A stretch of DNA of 54,272 bases from Salisapilia sapeloensis CBS 127946 (lineage: Eukaryota > Protista > Oomycota). The stretch lies in contig JAADVB010000116.1 in NCBI GenBank assembly GCA_023334545.1, positions 1-54,272 on the forward strand, in the 5' to 3' direction. Positions 1-11,900 of the stretch are shown here, piece after piece (the stretch's first letter is position 1; each line of letters begins with the position of its first letter). The notes below the pieces were generated by a model that was not told the origin of the DNA, ran no database searches, and saw only the letters and a program-made list of their open reading frames with translations. The position numbers and the translations under genes were made by a program.

Positions 1-1459
1 ACCTCCATCCTGCCTCGACACGATGCCCTCCTAGACTAAAGTGAACGCCAACAAGCCTAATCCGAGCAATCGTTTCGTTGTTGACTAGCGTGTCAACTCC
101 GACGCAAGTACCTACTCTTTGTAGCGATAAAGGTACATCCCGTATAGAGATTTCCACTGGACATTTCTGAAGGAGCTGCTGGTTTCATTGAAGGTGAGTC
201 ACATGCGAAACTAATTCCGCCGTGGTCCGAAGAGAAATTAAAGTCGTCTGTGTCAAGGTCGGAAACACGAACGCTGACGAAATTGCTGTTGCTTGTTTTG
301 CGTAATACAATGCTAATGTGCTATCGCGCAAAATCCGTCGTATTGGGATTGTTTCTACATGCAATCGAGTGGTAGCATCGAGTGTTGTGCATTCGCCTTA
401 AAATGTCTTCTTGATTTGTGGTACGCAAGCGAGATCAGTCGATGATCCGAACATGAAGTTATTCATCTGGCGTTTGTTCGACCTCGCGAATGATAGAAAT
501 GTAGATTCGCAGCTTGTAGTGGCTGTCGAATAGTTGATAGCCACGGATTCTTTTAAGTTACTGCTATCTATTTTTGCCTTTCGTTGCAAGATGTAACTTG
601 GCAGCACTGAAGGCTTAATAAATTTCTGTCTTCAGCTCGTTTTTTCTTCTCGGAATGATGTGGAGTATCATGCTTCTATCTTCATAGCGCACACTTAGGC
701 ACTTCACGCATATACTGCGAGTGCATTCCTTTGGCGTGACAAGCTTGACTTCGTTTTCTTTTCAATCCGCTTCAGCAAGTTATATCTGTTCCTATCGATG
801 CATCCGGTTACCATCAAGTATCTTTACGTGGGAATCCATTGCATTCCTTCTTCCTTACAATTCGAAGGCTGCATCTAAAAGACTCATTCTTCCTCATTTT
901 TACGCTTAGCTCAAGTCAACTATGATTCGAGGATTAAAAATATAGATGGATCTCTGCTCCCTGTTTCTACATTGAGGTAGACTTGCAATCACTTTCTGCT
1001 TAGTGTTCTTTTCTTTAAATGGCAAAACCTTATGCAACCTGCGTATGAGCTTAAATATTCGAGGAGAAAAGGTTCTTCGAAAGATAAGCTCGAAAATTGA
1101 TAGCTACATCCGATGGCAGGTAAATGGCAATGCGACGCATTATAGGTAGATTTCTACAAGTGATCAAGCAATCTATTGGAGCACACACAACACTTATAGA
1201 GTGGAGCTGAGTACATGCTAGACACGAGGAACGTAGAAAATGATTGATTTGCACCCAGATCATGTCGGATACCATCTAGTGAACCTCGTTGACCGAGGTT
1301 ACAGTGTAGACTGGAAGACTAGATCTTGCCAATCAACTTTAGAGTTTATATTCTGTTTCTTTATTCTCATAAATCTTATAAGCGAGGAAGGTAGTAGGTG
1401 TGTAGGATGCATGCACTGGAAACATCGTGCTTGTAACTGGTTCATCGTGGACTTGTCGT

Positions 1460-2068
1460 TTAAACCGTTACTCTTTCAAGCTCGACACGATCGTCAATGA
1501 CAGTAGCTCGATCACAGTTCACGTGCCTTTCAATTTGATGCAGAACTCGAGTCGAGTACCAGAAGGATAGAGTACGATCTTCTTTCTTGCTTCCTGGAAT
1601 TTCAAATCTCTCTCGGACAGCAGAGCGAAGGGAGCTGACACGCTGTACGACTAGAAGAGAAGATAAGAAGAACGCTAGAATGATGACAAGCATCAATAAC
1701 ACATCGCCCAGCTCAAGGCTTTTGATCGAAACGACCACAAGTCGGATCGCGTTGGCGATCATGAGGATAAGCAAGCTACTGAAGAGGCTGTACGTGAGTG
1801 CACAAGTCAGCATCGATTGGGTGTAAGAGGCTGTAAGTCCAAGCTCGTATTCGACCTGGGCGATGGTGATAAATGGAAAGAAGATGACGTTCCAATTATG
1901 GGACCGACTGCTTTCGTGTGAATCATGCAGTGCCGTGTTCCATTCGTAGAGCACAACACCGTTAATGTCTGTGGATCTCTTAATCCGTGATCCGTCCGCA
2001 GGAGACTCGATCGAGTCATACGCGTTATCTGCACCCGATTTGGTAGAATCTAGTTCGATAGTCTTCAT
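1460..2068 (-). CDS. PLAC8-family (Cys-rich domain family) membrane protein, cysteine-depleted variant, 202 aa
   Basis: Intact ORF starting at ATG 2068. The layout D-x-NG-x3-W...FFPFITIAQV..ELG, two hydrophobic helices, then LRSAVRERFEIPGS..ED...SFW....LHQIERH matches the PLAC8 layout seen in oomycetes. An INR/FPR motif lies just upstream. Confidence 0.68.
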   Translation of the reverse strand: MKTIELDSTKSGADNAYDSIESPADGSRIKRSTDINGVVLYEWNTALHDSHESSRSHNWNVIFFPFITIAQVEYELGLTASYTQSMLTCALTYSLFSSLLILMIANAIRLVVVSIKSLELGDVLLMLVIILAFFLSSLLVVQRVSSLRSAVRERFEIPGSKKEDRTLSFWYSTRVLHQIERHVNCDRATVIDDRVELERVTV

Positions 2069-2090
2069 GTAGAGACGAATGAGTTTGAGG

Positions 2091-2107
2091 AAAGTTGAGA
2101 AATGAAC
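2091..2107 (-). promoter_or_regulatory. Oomycete-type INR/FPR core promoter motif upstream of the PLAC8-like gene
   Basis: The minus strand reads GTTCATTTCTCAACTTT, one mismatch from the GYTCATTYYNCAWTT consensus, about 25-40 nt upstream of ATG 2068. Confidence 0.6.
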
Positions 2108-2294
2108 AGGAGCATCTGAAACGATGACATTTTAACACCGTACGTTTGTCCAACGGACCATGTTGAAGGAGGTATCCGTTTTCTACGAGCTCGTAATAGA
2201 TGCGATTGTGCTGATCGATAGAAAACGTGAGCTCTATTACAGTCAACACGAGATGGGAAGTATTCGAGCATAGAAAAGTGTTTTCTTTTCTTTA

Positions 2295-3716
2295 TCATGG
2301 ACATTTCTTATGTACGAGAGATGCGCCATGCTCGGCGTATTCTGCCTTGGACATCCACATCTCGTGGAAAGAACCGAGGGAGCCCAAGATCGAGCCGCCA
2401 ACAAAAGAACCGACTTTGCGGTATTGGGCATGAGCGGCGACAACCTTTACGCGAAGGTTTCCACCGTAGGAAACAGATCCGCCTCCAGTACCACCCGCAG
2501 ACGTCATAGGAAGTTGGTGCGACGACAGCGTACCTACAACTTCACGTTCCAATCGGGTGGGCAGGTTGTCAAAGCAAGAGCTTCCACCTGTCAGCACGAC
2601 ATTTTGGAACAGTTCTCGACGCAGCTCTGCATCCATCGTCTGCCCTCCCGTTTCACACACAAGTTCTGGGATGGAGATACCGCTCGTGCTTTTCTGACCT
2701 GCAGCGTGATCCTGTGCAGAACCTGCCCTGATGTCTGTGGTAGGTGGTGAGAAGTACTGCTCTGCGACGCTAAAGCGCTCCGTCCCGAGACTCACAATTG
2801 TCTTATCTGGAAGTTCATAATTGATTTTAGGCAGTTGGGCGTTCTGAGCTTCATCAAAGGCACTGTCAGCGACGCGGCAGAGGCCACTCTCTTTCGCTTC
2901 AGTTGCCACAGACCACAGCTGCATTCGTTTGTTCACTTCTTTTGCAGGATCTGTCGCAATGTCCGCAGTGTTTGCTTGCTTCTGCACAGATAGCTTTGTA
3001 CGTAGTAGTTCGTCAAGATCGTGGCCACCAAAGAGTTTTACAGTAGTCTTTGGGTGTGGAACAGCGAAACCTTCGTGAACAGTCGTCACGCTTGAGTACG
3101 TAGCGCCCAGTTCTACTACAATACCACTCGTGTGGGCATTGGCGTAACAGGATAGGACTGCGCTGTTGGCACAAAAGAGTGCTGGGACTCCTAGCTCTTC
3201 CATGAGCGTCTCGACCATTCGCTCTCGTTGCTTTTGCTGTCGTTTTTTACTCACTGCTGCACTCGACCCGCCTTGCTTTTTCGTCTCATCTTGCGTCTCG
3301 TTGTCCTGTACATTCGAGAAGACTTCCTCAGGGTATATAAAAGGTCTTTCTACAAGCAAGAGCGGATGGTCACTCAGTCTTGTTTGGAGGCGAGAGTTGG
3401 TGGCATCAAACAGCCATTGCGCCACGCGCTCTGGCTCCATCTCCATCTGGGCAGCTTCCCGACTACGGTCCTTGTCTTCTCCAGGTTCTAGAGGTGATTC
3501 ATAGACGGTTGGGAAGTCATCGCCAGCGTATCCGAGTTTGCATTTGGCAGTGCCGTACTCAAAGACAAGGGCACTGATATCGTTCGCTTCAGCTGCCGAA
3601 CTGGAGTAGACCGAGTTGCTTCGATCAGCTGCTGGGTTTCCAGACTTGGCGCCTCCGTTTCCGCCACTTGAGCCGCTCGAAGCGTTTAAATGAGGGTTGA
3701 TGCCGCCAGCATACAT
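2295..3716 (-). CDS. ARP4: Actin-related protein 4 (ARP4/ACTL6-like; nuclear, chromatin-remodelling complexes)
   Basis: Actin-fold motifs ALVFEYGTAKCKLGYAGDDFP, HPLLLVE, NSAVLSCYANAHTSGIVVELG, YELPD, NVVLTGGSS and GGSILGSLGSFHEMWMSK are present. The MYAGG start and KKCP C-terminus are typical of ARP4/ACTL6. ATG 3716 (MYAGG) is preferred over the ORF-track start at 3857. Stop TGA is at 2297-2295. Confidence 0.85.
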   Translation of the reverse strand: MYAGGINPHLNASSGSSGGNGGAKSGNPAADRSNSVYSSSAAEANDISALVFEYGTAKCKLGYAGDDFPTVYESPLEPGEDKDRSREAAQMEMEPERVAQWLFDATNSRLQTRLSDHPLLLVERPFIYPEEVFSNVQDNETQDETKKQGGSSAAVSKKRQQKQRERMVETLMEELGVPALFCANSAVLSCYANAHTSGIVVELGATYSSVTTVHEGFAVPHPKTTVKLFGGHDLDELLRTKLSVQKQANTADIATDPAKEVNKRMQLWSVATEAKESGLCRVADSAFDEAQNAQLPKINYELPDKTIVSLGTERFSVAEQYFSPPTTDIRAGSAQDHAAGQKSTSGISIPELVCETGGQTMDAELRRELFQNVVLTGGSSCFDNLPTRLEREVVGTLSSHQLPMTSAGGTGGGSVSYGGNLRVKVVAAHAQYRKVGSFVGGSILGSLGSFHEMWMSKAEYAEHGASLVHKKCP

Positions 3717-4014
3717 GCTCGATGGCTGTTTGCTTTTGCTTAGTCTGGTTTGAAACACTCGAACATTCAAAACAACAACTTGTGTTATACTGATACATTT
3801 CCAGTTACTTGGATATTGGATGAAGTTGGTCATGGGGATAAAGGCATTAAGATGCACTATGAGCAGAGTATGTTAGGACTTTCTAATGATGAAGCAGTGC
3901 ACTAACAAGTATGCATAATTGATAATGAAAATAAGACCAAGTTCATTATGTCAGATTTTATTGACGTAGCCAACCTGCATTGGAATGAAATTTGCAAGAT
4001 GTAGTTAAGAAAAC

Positions 4015-5010
4015 TTAGTCGCCGCTTTCGCCACTAGGCGAAGATCTCTTTCTTTTCTTATTCTGCCGTGTTCCAGTCTCTAAAGGTACTATAATTTTGT
4101 CGAGGATGTACTTTTTTATCGTCGAGGCATGTATAGTGATGACCGGTAAGTTGGTTCCAATGACCGCACTATCGTAACTATACATTGCTATGACTTTTCC
4201 GTCAACAATTAGAGGTACACCAGCATCTCCTGTTGTGCCTTGGCCTTCCAAACCCTTCAGTGCAAACAATATTGCCGTTCACTATGGGGATCCAGGTGCC
4301 CATTGGAAGCTCTTCGTAGATTTCCTTCCACACGAGCTAGCATTCCTCAATGTCGGATATGGTCACTCTTCCAGACCGTAGATAATCTCTTTTACATGTT
4401 TCTGTATATTGACCAAAGCCATAAATTGTAGCTGTGGTACCATCGACAAGATTATCGTCGCTTTTGGGACCGGCAAGAGTTGCAACGCTGATTGTATGAT
4501 CTTTATGTTGTATTTGGAATATAGCAAAGTCCTTATTAGCATCTCTTAAGCTGAAATCCTGATTGAACCATACTTTTCCAACCTGCTGGATTTTCACGTA
4601 CTTGCTGTTAAGCAGATAGTGACGTGTGTTATACCTGACGGTGATGGACGAAGCCCATTGGTTTGGAGGTTCCTTGGTCGAATAATCGACAGCGCAATGA
4701 GCGGCCGTCACCAAGTGAGACTTAGTAATAAAAAACCTGAGCAGCAGATGGGTGCCCAGTCTGAATTTTGCGCGGTAACAGAGGCCATGAAAGGAACTTC
4801 ATTCACCGAGTAAATCTGTTGACTATGGTAGACACGATTTGTGAAAATCGTGGTCGAATTTGGCTTTGAATCTCCAAAGTTTGACCGATGAACATTATAA
4901 TCGACGGTGGGAACAACAGTGTCTGCGCTAAAGAAAGCCGTCCCGATAGATGTGCTGAAGAGCGCAAAGAAAGCTACAACTGCGAAAGTAGTGTTTTTGG
5001 CAGAGCTCAT
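4015..5010 (-). pseudogene. Secreted trypsin/chymotrypsin-like (S1) protease homolog, disrupted, with catalytic Ser replaced by Ala
   Basis: Signal peptide MSSAKNTTFAVVAFFALFSTSIGTA; S1 motifs PFMASV..ICCSG, VTAAHC, KDFAI and GDAGVPL. The frame is broken by a 1-nt deficit in the A6 run at 4730-4735, an in-frame TAG at 4339-4337, and a 1-nt excess near 4253-4255. Confidence 0.8.
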
Positions 5011-5048
5011 CTCGGATCGGTCCGTGCAAAGTTATCTCCGCGGAGGCT

Positions 5049-5060
5049 AAATGGAAAGTG
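5049..5060 (-). promoter_or_regulatory. INR/FPR-like motif upstream of the protease pseudogene
   Basis: The minus strand reads CACTTTCCATTT (fits CAYTYYNCAWTT), about 40-50 nt upstream of ATG 5010. Confidence 0.4.
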
Positions 5061-5919
5061 CGAGCCCCTGAAGTTTGGCACCCCATCCGTAGCGTCGCCG
5101 GTACCAGCTACGCCCCTCGGATACCCACGATGACATGCATACGTACTAGTCATTGCTCAGGAAAGGTCCAACGTGTGTACAGGCAATAGACTTTGTCGCG
5201 GTAGTAATAATAAAGACCCATTGATGAATTCAAGAAGTGGATTCAGTACCAAGACAAGCGAACGATCGATCGGTGAAGTGTAATCTGTATATTTGCACCA
5301 AAATCAATAAAACTCTTCGGATTTTTCACTTTTATTTTAAAGTTTTGTCGCATGGGCAGCATGGACCGCGTAAATCCTTTCGAAAAGCCAAGTTTCTACG
5401 TCGATTTCGAGCGCCGTATCGATGTTCATGCGGCCAACTTGATGTTGGTCGTTCTACTGCCATTGACCATTTTAAGCAGAACTCATATAATCATCACTCT
5501 CTTTAGTGGTTTAAATAGCTCTCATATACCTTCTAATTTCATCAGCTTAGGACTAGCTCTAGCATTAGTACATGTGACGAAAGCATTGATCTGTGGATAT
5601 AAATCCATGCAGGTGTATTTCATACTTGAATAAGTAAACGATACATATTTCTTATCGTATAGTAGCTATTACCGATGAGCGGCCAGGATCGCCAATGCGA
5701 TGCATAGATCGCAATCATCTTGAAGGCCATAAGATCGTCCAAAGGGTCGTCGGATCCTTTGACAGGACGCTTCAAGATTTGTTAACTTGCTTTTTGTATA
5801 CAAAGATACTTGGGTCAAAGCAACTGTTCGTGTGCGTCCCTTGGCATTCCATTCTTTCGTTTGCTACGAAGGGCAACAAATCGGTCTGTGGCACATTCGC
5901 CATCATTGGAAAGAAGAGC

Positions 5920-8900
5920 ATGCGCTGGTGGATTGAAAAGACACTCATTGCAAGTGTGTTTCTACCACTGAGCTATGGAAATTCTAGTAAGATTATATAT
6001 TGTACTTGCTTTTAATTGTTGAAGTTACATGTTATCTAGTTCCAGGAGATCCGAGGAATGTACTGCTGTCTCCATTGACGCATGACAGCGTGAACATTAC
6101 GTGGGAGCCGCCACTTTCGACTGTACCTGTGACCTCCTACCTTGTTGAGTGGGATCCCATTCCACCCGTTCGGGCGGTGCAGACGGTCACGACATCTCAA
6201 AAGCTCTTCGGGAACGAAATCCAAGAGATACGGACGTACGCTCAGGATGTGAATGCTGTTCAACGTGTCCAGATCCTGTGCACGCCCATATCCGAGGTGC
6301 AGACGATTCGAACGCGTGCTGCGCCCGGCGAAGTGCTTGGAGGGTTGTTCACGATTGAGCTAGATACGACTGCGTTGGGCGGATCAAAGCAGCGGTCTGG
6401 TGTGATTAGTGCCTCTGCACTAGCCGACACGGCTGTGTACTCCGTAAAGGAAATCCTGAATGCGATGCCAAATATCGCTGGTGCCGTGCAGTCCGTCACG
6501 CGTTCACCAGCGGACTTGGAAGGAGGATACACATGGGAAGTCGAGTTCAAAGCTGAATTTGGCAACGTACCGGAGATGACCGTCGAAAGCAACTTTTTAA
6601 CCGGAAGTGGTGCTGACGTCATTATTGAGACACCCACACAAGGCGCATTTATCTCTCAAGGAGGGTTCACACTTGGTTTCCATGATGAATGGACAAAGGA
6701 GTTGAGTTTTGAAGCATCTTCTAAAGAGGTGGAAGAAGCACTTGAAGAATTAAGCAAAATTGCTCGAGTCGGGGTCGCTCGTGAGCCTGCTAGTCCGCAG
6801 AATGCGTTCTCTTGGTTGATCACATTTACCTCAGATGCTGAGTACAATCGAGGCGACGTTGCTCAACTAAGCATCCAAGAAAGCCAAACGTTTCTTGGCG
6901 GCGATGTCTCATTAAAGACAGAGCATGTTACGCGTGGGAACCACCTTTATGGCACGTTTCAGCTTAAATACAAGAACGTACCTACATTGGATATCCCATT
7001 TGACTGCTCGGCGGAGGTGATGCAAACGAGATTGGAGGAACTGAGCACAATTACATCCATTGCAGTCTCCCGAACGAGTGGTCCAGACACAGAGAAAGGA
7101 TATACGTGGCAAGTATCCTTTCTCGATAGTCTCGACAGTCTCGAGCTGTTAGAAATTGAGTCAATGGCGGAATTGCAAGAGACCAGAATTGATAGTGTTG
7201 TATCAAGAGGCATTTCAATCACAAAAGCGAGAGACGGAACACTACAGGAAGTCCAGCAGATCCAAGCTCGACCGTCGGATCCTGCCACCCAAGTGACTAC
7301 TTCGACCAACTATCGTATCATGACTAGCTTTGGCGGTGAAAACGCATTCACAGGTCCGATACCTGCCTTAATGCACAGCTCTGGTAGTTGTGCGTCAGAT
7401 ATGCCTGAGATTCAACAGATTGCTATCATGACAGTGGACGCAAAAGGTGTCGGACGAGATGACTTCGTCTCTCCTTTAGCCATGTACCAAATCGTTTTTG
7501 TATCGGCCAAAACAGGAATAGAAGAGACTACAACGCCATTGTATCTGAATAAGAATGACGGCGATTGTGATGCACTTGCGTCTGATATCAAAGCTAGTCT
7601 GGAAGCGTTGGATGGTGTTATTGGGACTGTCATCGTAGAGTCTACTGGCACGTCTTTCATTAAGTCGAATGAATGTACATGGACAATTACCTTCCCAAAC
7701 GAACCTGGCAATTTGGATGAACTGCGCGTGATTAATGCCTATGCGGAGCCTCCGGTTCCGGAGCAAGTATTGGTGATTGAAGATGACACAATCACCGTTT
7801 CAACGATCCAAGAAGGAAGGATCGAAGTCATCAAGACGGAGCTGGAAAAGCTGCCGAATGTCGGACCAGTTATTGTAACATATAAGCCAAAGACGGGGAA
7901 TAACGCAGACTATTCATGCACTTGGTTCGTCACCTTTGCCGGGAATACCGGGGACCTTCCATTGATGCAAGTCAGTCTAGATGTCGCGACGGTAGACCCT
8001 GCCGAGTATGATACATCGAAGCAGGCGAATGGAGATATCGTCGAGATCGTTGCTGACAAGGAAGGCACGTCAGAGGCATTGTATGGACACTTTGCATTGA
8101 GACTGTATGGTCAACGGACAGGATATGTTCCATTTGATGTGGATGCAATGCAGCTAAAGCGTGAAATTGAGATGACGTTGAACACCGGTAGCGTCTCCGT
8201 TGAACGCCAGCCATCTAATCTGCACGGAGGTTTTACATGGCGCATCGAATTTGAGAGTATCATGGGTGATGTCGAGTTGCTTCACGTGGACATTGGCAGT
8301 CTGGAAGGAACGTATCCATTGGCACAAGTGGAAAACGTTGTCCTAGGTCTGCCTCCTCCATACAACTCGAAAGATGCAGTGAACAAAGTTGCGTTCGGTC
8401 GCTCCGTGGTCACTGACTTTAGTGACTTGACTGTCATCGCTACTGATTTAGATGAAAACGTCCCGTTCTACGCTCAAGTGAGTGCGATGAATGACTTCGG
8501 ATCAAGTGCGTCTGTACCATCGACACCTCAATTCCTACCTCCGACACCTCAGACGCCTAGTGAACCCTCTCAGGTTGTCTTGTCCCACAATGACGGAGAT
8601 TCTATCCAAATATCTATTGTGAGCCCGCGAACCGATGGCGGACGTCCGCTAGATGCATACGAAGTGGAGCTATCTGACAATGGTCCGTTTGTTGATGAAG
8701 TGCAACATGTTCAGTTGTCTACTGGTGTCCAAAATGAAGAGCAAGAAGTCTCTGTGGTTACGGATGGTGTGAGTGAAGTCCAGATCATCCATCTCACATC
8801 TACATACAATGGTGCAGACCAAGTCGAAACTCAGCACGTGGATTGTGATGCTATGAATGACGACGGGTACTTTACTTTGACGTTTGTGGATGAGACAACA

Positions 8901-11900
8901 GCACGTATTAGCGCTTCGGAAACAGACGCGAACGAAATTAAGCGTGTATTGGAAGAACTAGATTCCATCACATCCGTATCTGTCGCGTTTGATGCTGGAC
9001 GAACGTTTGCGTGTGAGCAGTGTGAGCAAAGCGGTGGATGTCCTAGCTCCGGATTCTCCATCACGTACAACCAAGTAGAGGGATACAAAGGCGAGATGCC
9101 ACTGCTTACTCCGGATGTTTATAACCTGAATGGTAATCGACGGGTTCTGGTCACACAGTCGCAAATAGGAAGTGCGCCACCGGGAGGCGAGTTCCAACTA
9201 GAGTATAACAATGAGCTTACTGTACCTATTGCCTTCAACGCTAATGAGGAAGAGCTCCGTGCTGCTCTCCAGCCGCTCGAGCCTGTCTTTACCATTCAAA
9301 TAACAGAAAGCACAAACCTATTGGATGTGGCTGCACAAGATCAGCAACAAAAGCTGTGGCTTGTCACGTTTGATGGAAGTGGATATGTACCAGACTTAAC
9401 TGTACCTCAAAAAGGAAATAAGCTGACAGGCAACGGTGTCGACATTGCGTTCTACACAAAAGGAAACAAGTTTACGGATGCAATTGTATCTGTCGCTGGT
9501 AACTATGCGCGTGGAGAGTTCCAGCTAAGTCTTGGTGGCCACGTCACGGAACAAATTGCCATTGATGCGGCAGATGTCACTGTGAAAGACCGACTGGAAA
9601 AGCTTCCAAACGTCGGTGTTGTAGATGTTCGACGTTATGGTCCGACCAAGTTGAACGAGTACTCGTGGCTTGTGACTTTCGTTTCTAATCCTGGGAACTT
9701 TCCTGTCGGATCAGCGAACATGATGGAGCTGGAAGGAGTTTATAATAGTTTGGAACTGCTTGGTCAAAATAGTCGTGTTCAAGTGTCTACGTCACCGGAA
9801 GGATCGGAGTCTATTGACGGGTTCTTCACATTGAGCTACGGTAGCACGGGAGTCTATACGACTCCTATATCCGCATATGCAACTGCAGAGGGGGTGAAGA
9901 GGGCGCTGGAAGAGCTACCTAGCGTCGGTGGCGTATCGGTGAGTCGAAGGACCAACGTGGATGGCTTCTCATGGTTCGTTACGTTTGACAAGTGTCGAAA
10001 CGTTGATAATGCTGCCGTGTGCAATAACGGAGATGTACCGAACTTGACACCTGATAGCTCGCAACTACTTGGTGGAGACGTGGCAAATCCACCAACAATA
10101 ACTGTAACTAGCGTACAGGAAGGTAATGGCCCATCTAGTGGTCTCACCTACCTCTTCACGGACATGAAAAGTGCTGCACCTTATTTGGCATCTATCGAAA
10201 ACCTCATCTATGGTAAAAGGTACTATGCACGCTCATCGTTCCATTCGGAGATGGGGTACGGACCACGAACGATTTCGGTGCCTGCATACGTGACGACTAA
10301 TCATCTTCCTCCGGGTAAGATGAGACGCGTCGAACTCGTTTCTTCCTCGGCAACGTCTATTAAGGTAGAATGGGAGCCGCCGACATTAAATGGTGGCACG
10401 AGAATATCTGGATATCAACTCTTTATAGCTGATTGGGAAGGAGGAAATTATCGCAAAGTATATGATCGACCAAATGATGCAGCAACATTGTCTACAACAT
10501 TATTGATTGCCAAAGATAATGTGATTGAAAGTGGAAGGCAGTACTACTTTAAAGTACGTGCAGTGAACTTTTGCATGGCTGAGAATGAGGACGAAGGGTG
10601 CTATGGAGCGTTTAGTGACCCTGCGCAGTATCATGTGCGAGATCCAGTGCTTCCAGGCGCTCCGAGAGCACTCTATCGAGACTCTTCGACTACTATTAAT
10701 GATGTGAATGTTGTAAATGACGGCATCATTGTGGTCAATTGGGAACCACCACTGGACAATGGAGGAAGTGAAATTGTCGAGTATGAACTCTATATGGACG
10801 CAAACGATGGCAATGGCTTTATGAAACAGACTCTTTCTGGATCATTCCCTTATGGCTACACGCACTCTGTCAATGGCTTAACAGAAGGTAACACATACCG
10901 GTTCTACGTTCGAGCTGTTAATGCAGTGGGAGCATCCGGACATAGCTCTATCTTGTCTGTCGTCCTTGCAAACGTTCCGCCGCCAGTTCTCAGTGCTCAG
11001 CTTTTGGATGTAACGCCGACGTCGATGCACCTTCGATGGCAGCCACCTAGTCAATGTACATCTTCCTTGACAGCTTGTAATGGAAGCCCTGTGCTTGGTT
11101 ATAAACTGTGGCAGTTTGAAGGTGTGTCAGCGAGTTACTCGAACACGGGATATCCAGTCCATAGTGAAGTGCAACGCATTGAGACGTTCATCGGAACTCC
11201 TGGAAAAGAGGTGCAAGAAATTACGATTACAGATGCAACTGGTAAGCTCCGCATCTACTTGAATGGCGAGACGAGTCACTTGCTGGATGCAAAGGCAAGT
11301 ACCATGGAGATGAAAGCTGCTGTTGAAAGCACTGGGATTGGTGCAGTTGATGTAACGGATGGAGCTACAATGTCTGTGACAGGAAGAAGCTGGAGAGTTA
11401 CGTTTAGTGGATACACTGGTCCTTTAGAGCCGATGGTCATCGTACCTGAGACGCTTGCCAACTCTAATCCACTTGTAGCTTATACAGCTACTGTCGAGCG
11501 TGTTGAGAAAGGAAGTACCGTTCTTGCTGGTGACTTTACCGTCGCCTTTCGAGGATATGAAACTCCGTCTCTGAGCTATGATGTATCCGAGTTGGATATG
11601 AAGCGAGTACTGGAGAACTTGGAGTCTATAGGAATAGTAAGTGTAAAGAGAACCGACAAAACAGATAATGCCAGGTACTGGGATATCACGTTCATGACGG
11701 AGCTAGGTGATCTTCCGTCGATGGTTGTCACTGATGGTAGACTCACTGGAGGTGAAACCAGTGTAAAAGTGTCAACGGAGCGTGAAGGAACGTCTGGATC
11801 AATGATATACGACGGAACGACGTTTCCAGATACGCTCAAGTACACGGCGGAGGGTTTAATTCCTGATACGCTATATTCATTCGTGGTGATTGCAATTAAT

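Noticed and set aside
4250-4740. Programmed frameshifting, stop readthrough or introns rescuing the protease gene
   Set aside because: It would need two opposite frameshifts plus readthrough. The candidate intron ending at the TAG would delete conserved S1 sequence. A pseudogene is more parsimonious.
5352-5633. 93-aa hydrophobic ORF between the protease and giant genes
   Set aside because: It lies in AT-rich intergenic DNA with no recognisable family or supporting signals.
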